Source: Candidatus Bathyarchaeota archaeon (GTDB taxonomy: Archaea; Thermoproteota; Bathyarchaeia; Bathyarchaeales; Bathycorpusculaceae). From it: a stretch of 64,000 nucleotides of DNA. Of the stretch, positions 59,437 through 64,000 are shown piece by piece. Every line of letters begins with the position of its first letter. The stretch's first letter is position 1. The position numbers were made by a program, and so were the translations under genes. The DNA is taken from contig OY969706.1 of the NCBI GenBank assembly GCA_963702095.1, forward strand, positions 192,001-256,000, given 5' to 3'. The notes below the pieces were generated by a model. It saw only the letters and a program-made list of their open reading frames with translations. It had not been told where the DNA came from and made no database searches.

Positions 59437-60006
59437 CTATTTCACTACCACTTTATGCTTTTTAGGTGCGGGTGCAATCATCTTCTTTGGAACGCAGACC
59501 TCAAGTAATCCGTCCTTAAATGTGGATTCAGCTTTCTCAGGGATTACTTCTTCGGGGAACGACAGTTGTTTGTAAACATGCGAGTAAACGCGTTCTCGGA
59601 CAACAAAGGTCTTCTCCTTGTCTTCTGTTTCAACGTCTGTTTCAGCCGAGATTTCAATACCATCGTTCGTTAGGGCTACATCAATCTTGTCTTTTGCTAC
59701 GCCTGGCAATTCAGCATGCAAAACAAACCTGTTTTCTTCATCAACCAGATCAACAGTTGCCTCACGAACCGGAACTTCAGGTTCAAGACTCACCCAATCC
59801 CAAGGAAAAGCTATGCTTTCAATGAAGTTTTTGCGAAAATCACTGTACAATTCATCAAAAGTTGTCAGAACATGAACTGCGGGAACAGTCTTTGCAGGAA
59901 CATGTTTCGCCGGAAGATGTTTAGCAGGGATAATTTTTACAGGTTTTACTGTTACTTCAGCTTTCTTTATCGCCTTCAACGGCGTATTCTTTTCTTCTTT
60001 ACTCAT
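59437..60006 (-). CDS. hsp20: Small heat-shock protein (Hsp20/alpha-crystallin)
   Basis: AELPGV.K, FKDGLLEVCVPK, C-terminal VVV (IxI-like) motif. Confidence 0.92.
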   Translation of the reverse strand: MSKEEKNTPLKAIKKAEVTVKPVKIIPAKHLPAKHVPAKTVPAVHVLTTFDELYSDFRKNFIESIAFPWDWVSLEPEVPVREATVDLVDEENRFVLHAELPGVAKDKIDVALTNDGIEISAETDVETEDKEKTFVVRERVYSHVYKQLSFPEEVIPEKAESTFKDGLLEVCVPKKMIAPAPKKHKVVVK

Positions 60007-60363
60007 TTTTTTCACCTCGATTAATTTTTGTTACTAAGATTAACTTGAATCAGCTCTTTTCTTTCTGCAGCTACCGTCTCCCCGCAATTTCTTTGGAGAT
60101 ATTTTCAAGTCCCATTGCTAACTCCTACGCTGTCAAAACTGAATAGCGCGTAAATCTTACCTTCTTTGTCGATGAAGCAACCACCAAATTCCTTACGGCG
60201 GTATTCTGAACCTTTTCAGCACCACATTTCTGAGACAGGGGGACCTCAGCTATTAGCCCTTCACGCATTGAACCTTCAGGTGTCGAGGGCTGGCTGGCTT
60301 CCCTAAATTCTCTCCACAAAAAGATGCCTCAAAATTGAGTTAATAGACGGGTGAAAGAGGGGG

Positions 60364-60505
60364 GCAATCTTTTTTGGTTATCCATGTTATTACTGCTTCT
60401 TCGACTGCTCGGGATAGGTCGCTTTTTTCCACCAAATTTCTCCACCGTTTTCAACCTGAGTTGCTTTTCCAAGTCATCATGTATATCCACAGTTATTCGA
60501 CCCAT
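60364..60505 (-). pseudogene. RHH-like paralog of 45013-45147, frameshifted in an A run
   Basis: MGRITVDIHDDLEKQLRLKTVEKFGGKK then DLSRAVEEAVITW in another frame. Confidence 0.65.
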
Positions 60506-60716
60506 ACCAATCATCTTTAGTGTTAGTTTATTGCACGGTTCCACGTGTCAAGCATATTTCCAATAAGCAAACTGCCAAACGCCGATTTTAAATTTTATTT
60601 GAGTCGTCATTTTCATTCACAACGCCTTAGCTTATTGGTTTATCAACATAAGTTACTATACACATACGTGCTTATACGCATATCTGTTTACGTCAGAGTC
60701 TATTAAGCAAGCATTC

Positions 60717-60908
60717 GAAATCGCTAAAGAACTACGCAAAGACAGCATTGAAAACGGCGTCAACGAACCAATCGTCGTTAAAGAACAAGCCATCAAATCC
60801 GCAGCCGAATCAGCAGCTATGATCCTACGAGTAGACGACATCATAACAGCCAAATCTCCAAGGGGCGGTTCAGGCGGCGGAATGCCTGGCGGCATGGGTG
60901 AAGAATAA
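60717..60908 (+). pseudogene. Thermosome C-terminal remnant with internal deletion
   Basis: EIAKELRK joined to DSIENGV...[12 protein letters not shown]...MPGGMGEE*. Confidence 0.85.
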
Positions 60909-61492
60909 AATTCACCTTTAAATTTTAAAATTTTCTCGTAGAAAACTCTTGATTTTAGGGGTTATTTCGCCCTGCGATTGTGCTTCTCTGGTTAGCGATT
61001 ATTCAGAGTCTATGTCTAAAGTCCATGTCAGTTCTTTGGCGGTTCAATATTGTTTACTTAGTTTTCTTTCGATGATGACCCCTCACGGGCGCTTCCATCT
61101 ACCTAAAAAAAGATAAAATCCGCCAAGATAAAAACACAACAAAATTTTAACTTAAAAGAGCATACAATCCTGCTTATGGTTAAGTTCCCAAGCGCTCTTA
61201 TGTTTTAACCTTTATTCACATACTCTTATGTAACGTAGGATTAGGAAAAGCAAACTCCACCCTGAAGGTTAAAGGATGGACGGTTCCGTCGTTGCTATAT
61301 GTTCCCGCCAAATAATTGCTCTTAATCAATTTTAGTCGAATTGACGTATTATTTGTCTAAAAATTAAAAACAGGTATAATAACTACGCTTTATCTTAATT
61401 GAACTGCGCAGATTGTATTATTCACTTATTAAAGCCCTAATTCGGTTTTTTTGGTTTAGTGAAGATTCTGGCGGGAAAATACAGGTAGAAAA

Positions 61493-62443
61493 ATGACTCT
61501 AATTCAAGAAGTTCCAAAAACACCTCAACGCTTAGTTGAGAAGTGCCCTGAATGTGCCGGCAAAAATCTTGTCCACGACTATGATACCGGCGAAACCATC
61601 TGCGGCGACTGCGGCCTCGTTTTATATGAGCAGATGTTCGATAAAGGCCCCGAGTGGCGAGCGTTTACCCAGCAAGAGAAAGCCTCACGAAGCCGAGTTG
61701 GTATGCCAACATCTTATTCAGTTCACGATAAAGGATTATCCACAACTATCAGTCAAATTGACAGAGATGCCTTTGGAAGAAAGCTTCCTCTTTCCACGAG
61801 GTTGCAGATGTGGCGCCTTAGGAAGTGGCAAATACGAAGCCGTGTGCACTCCTCTGTTGACCGCAACCTAGCACAAGCTATGGCTGAACTTGACCGTTTA
61901 TCGGGCAAAGTAAATGCTTCGCCGCCAATCAAAGAACAAGCCGCACTTGTTTACAGAAGAGCACTCGATAGAGGCTTAGTCCGTGGAAGATCCATATCTG
62001 GCGTTGCTGCTGCCTCGTTATATGCTGCTTGCCGCAAAAGTGGGTTACCCCGATCCCTTAGGGAAATCGCTGAGGCAAGTCTGGTGAATAGGAAAGATGT
62101 TGCACGCTGCTACCGTTTGCTGTTGCAGGAGCTTGATTTTCATATGCCAATTTCTGACCCTTTGACATACGTTTCGAAGATCGCTGAGAAAAATGGTATT
62201 TCAGGCAAAACACAGGGCGCTGCCATAGCGATACTTAGGGAAGCAAGAAAACAGCGGGTTGCGTCAGGAAAAGATCCAATGGGCATGGCGGCGGCTTCAC
62301 TCTACATAGCTTGTCTGCAGAATAATGAAAAGATAACGCAGAAAGACATTGCAGAAGCAGCCGGAGTCACTGAGGTTACGGTTAGAAACAGATACAAGGC
62401 GCTAAAGAAGCAGCTAAAACTTGAACTACCTGAAAAAGCCTGA
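61493..62443 (+). CDS. tfb: Transcription initiation factor IIB
   Basis: CPEC..CGDC zinc ribbon, GPEWRAF B-reader, two cyclin repeats, GVTEVTVRNRY. Confidence 0.97.
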   Translation: MTLIQEVPKTPQRLVEKCPECAGKNLVHDYDTGETICGDCGLVLYEQMFDKGPEWRAFTQQEKASRSRVGMPTSYSVHDKGLSTTISQIDRDAFGRKLPLSTRLQMWRLRKWQIRSRVHSSVDRNLAQAMAELDRLSGKVNASPPIKEQAALVYRRALDRGLVRGRSISGVAAASLYAACRKSGLPRSLREIAEASLVNRKDVARCYRLLLQELDFHMPISDPLTYVSKIAEKNGISGKTQGAAIAILREARKQRVASGKDPMGMAAASLYIACLQNNEKITQKDIAEAAGVTEVTVRNRYKALKKQLKLELPEKA

Positions 62444-62744
62444 TTTTTAGCTTGTAGAAGAAGTGCAAATTGTTGCTCTTTCTTCTTCAATCACGCTATA
62501 AATAAAAACACTGCAACGTTTAGCTAAGGATCTGCTTCTAACTCAAGCTTGCACGACTCTATCTGAACTACTGATCATTAATCATACCCACCAAACAACA
62601 CTACAAAAAGCAAAAATGGATAGGTGTAGGTGCGGGTCTTTTCACCGGTTTTTTTACCCACGGGCAACCACTAAAAGGCCACTAAAAGGAAGGAATAAAT
62701 GAAACGCCTAAATACATGCGTGAACTCACTGCAAGATTGATTTT

Positions 62745-63501
62745 ATGAGTAAAAGAACTGTTAGCACATCCAATATCTTACCTTCAATTGCTGAAGAACG
62801 CAAAAACGAGCAGCCGTTGTTTGCTCGCGATAAAATGCTGCCTGCAAAACACAAATATGTTTGTTGGGTTGACGTCATGGGCTCTCAAAGCGTAATGCTA
62901 CGTTCCCTAAACATGTCAGCACACTTCCTAATGAAACTACATCTAGCTTCCTTGCACGCTCATGACGTATCTATAGAGTTATTTCCGGTTATCGATGGAA
63001 TATACGCGTGTTCATCTTCTCAAAAGTCTATCCTGACTTTTCTAAATAAAGTCAACGCAGCCCTTGCAATTACATTCATACTTGAACCAGCAGCTCTCCA
63101 CAAATTTATGATAAGAAGCGGGTTAGCATATGGACCCGTCATTACGGGAAAAGAAACATTAGCATGTGCTAACGAACTTCGACAAAATTCTAAACATATC
63201 AATCAAGTATTTTTTGGCGCTCCATTGACCCAAGCGTTTCAAATCGAAAAAAAAATCCGCGCCATTCGGTGTAACTTTACATGAATCGGTTCGGTCTTTT
63301 GCGCCAAATAAGGAAACCCCTGTGTCTGGAACCTACTGGAAATGGTGGAAACGACCTCAGGAAGATGCACTTGCATCGGAACTCTTTGATTCTCTAAAAA
63401 AATATTATGCATGGTGTTTAGAGCATACTGCAATGTTATCTTATGAGAAGGCAGATATTGAGCGGCATATTGAATTAGCAAAGGAGTACTTTTCAGATTA
63501 A
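62745..63501 (+). CDS. Class III nucleotidyl-cyclase-like protein, frameshifted at A9 run (63247-63255)
   Basis: VCWVDVMG, VIDG, IRSGLAYG, GAPLTQAFQIE; removing one A continues SAPFGVTLHESV...EYFSD*. Confidence 0.55.
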
Positions 63502-64000
63502 GTGCGCTTTGTCTCTAATTTGACTAAATAACATTTGATCAAATGACACCACAAGAGGAGCTATTTAATTCCCTGAGAGCTTTTTTGAGTTCCCCCTAAA
63601 AACTGCGGGAATTATTTCTCTCTCAAGTAACGAATATGCACTAATGCCTCTTGTTTCACTATTTGTCTGAGGTAATATAGTAATATTAGAGAATTTTACG
63701 GCTCATCCTTCTTGAGCTAATTCATTTAACTCCTGTTGAAACTTTGATTTTACTGAGGTTCCAAAAGCTAATTCTCCAGAGTAATCTTCCCAATAAACCA
63801 CTTTGTATTCGTTCATGTTATAGTCAATGGCCCCTCTGCGTTCACTATACAATTTAACACTTTGCTATCTGATGCAGTTTTTCGGTAATCAAAAGTTGTA
63901 CTTGATTATGGGAAGGCCCCTGAGATTTTAGTTGAAAATTTGGCAAACACTGAAATGCTTGTCTGCTATATTTTGTACTCGGAGACAATTTTATGAAACA

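Noticed and set aside
62668-62689. CCACTAAAAGG tandem duplication
   Set aside because: Only two copies with no supporting context; could be an element end but cannot be supported here
1-64000. CRISPR array or cas genes
   Set aside because: No regularly spaced repeat-spacer array or Cas motifs seen; the 33-bp periodicity at 52352-53044 is a coding repeat

Overview
Archaeal chromosomal window; gene content (eukaryote-like topoisomerase IB, archaeal PEP carboxylase, thermosome, TFB, secreted proteins with PEF-CTERM-like tails) is most consistent with Bathyarchaeia, which is an inference. 1-14 kb is backbone: P-type ATPase, three tandem family-3 acyltransferases, a secreted protein pair, TopoIB and ppcA. 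Each gene of a divergent tRNA-Thr(GGT)/tRNA-Leu(TAG) pair carries an integrated element. The first is a 6.76-kb plasmid-like element (14127-20888) with an SSV-type integrase split by a 48-bp att repeat and an iteron-like array inside its DUF3987 gene. The second is a ~21-kb tyrosine-integrase element (21135-42346) with efflux genes and a defence cluster (Avs-like nuclease-STAND NTPase, wHTH/nucleotidyltransferase pair, OLD-like ATPase-TOPRIM). 42.4-47.4 kb is a decayed accessory zone containing a candidate structured ncRNA. 47.9-62.4 kb is a stress/envelope cluster (radical SAM, PRC-barrel, fasciclin-YegP fusion, TrmB, flippase-like protein with 21 hendecad repeats, holin-like, FUN14, thermosome, Hsp20, TFB). 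Its most striking signal is a 22-bp palindrome, GTNRSTG-N8-CAKYNAC, placed 4-6 nt upstream of a TATA-like box in six promoters, one of which appears to drive a non-coding transcript: a candidate undescribed TrmB-controlled stress regulon. Several small frameshifts at or beside homopolymer runs suggest assembly errors. All family calls come from motif recognition by eye; no searches were run.
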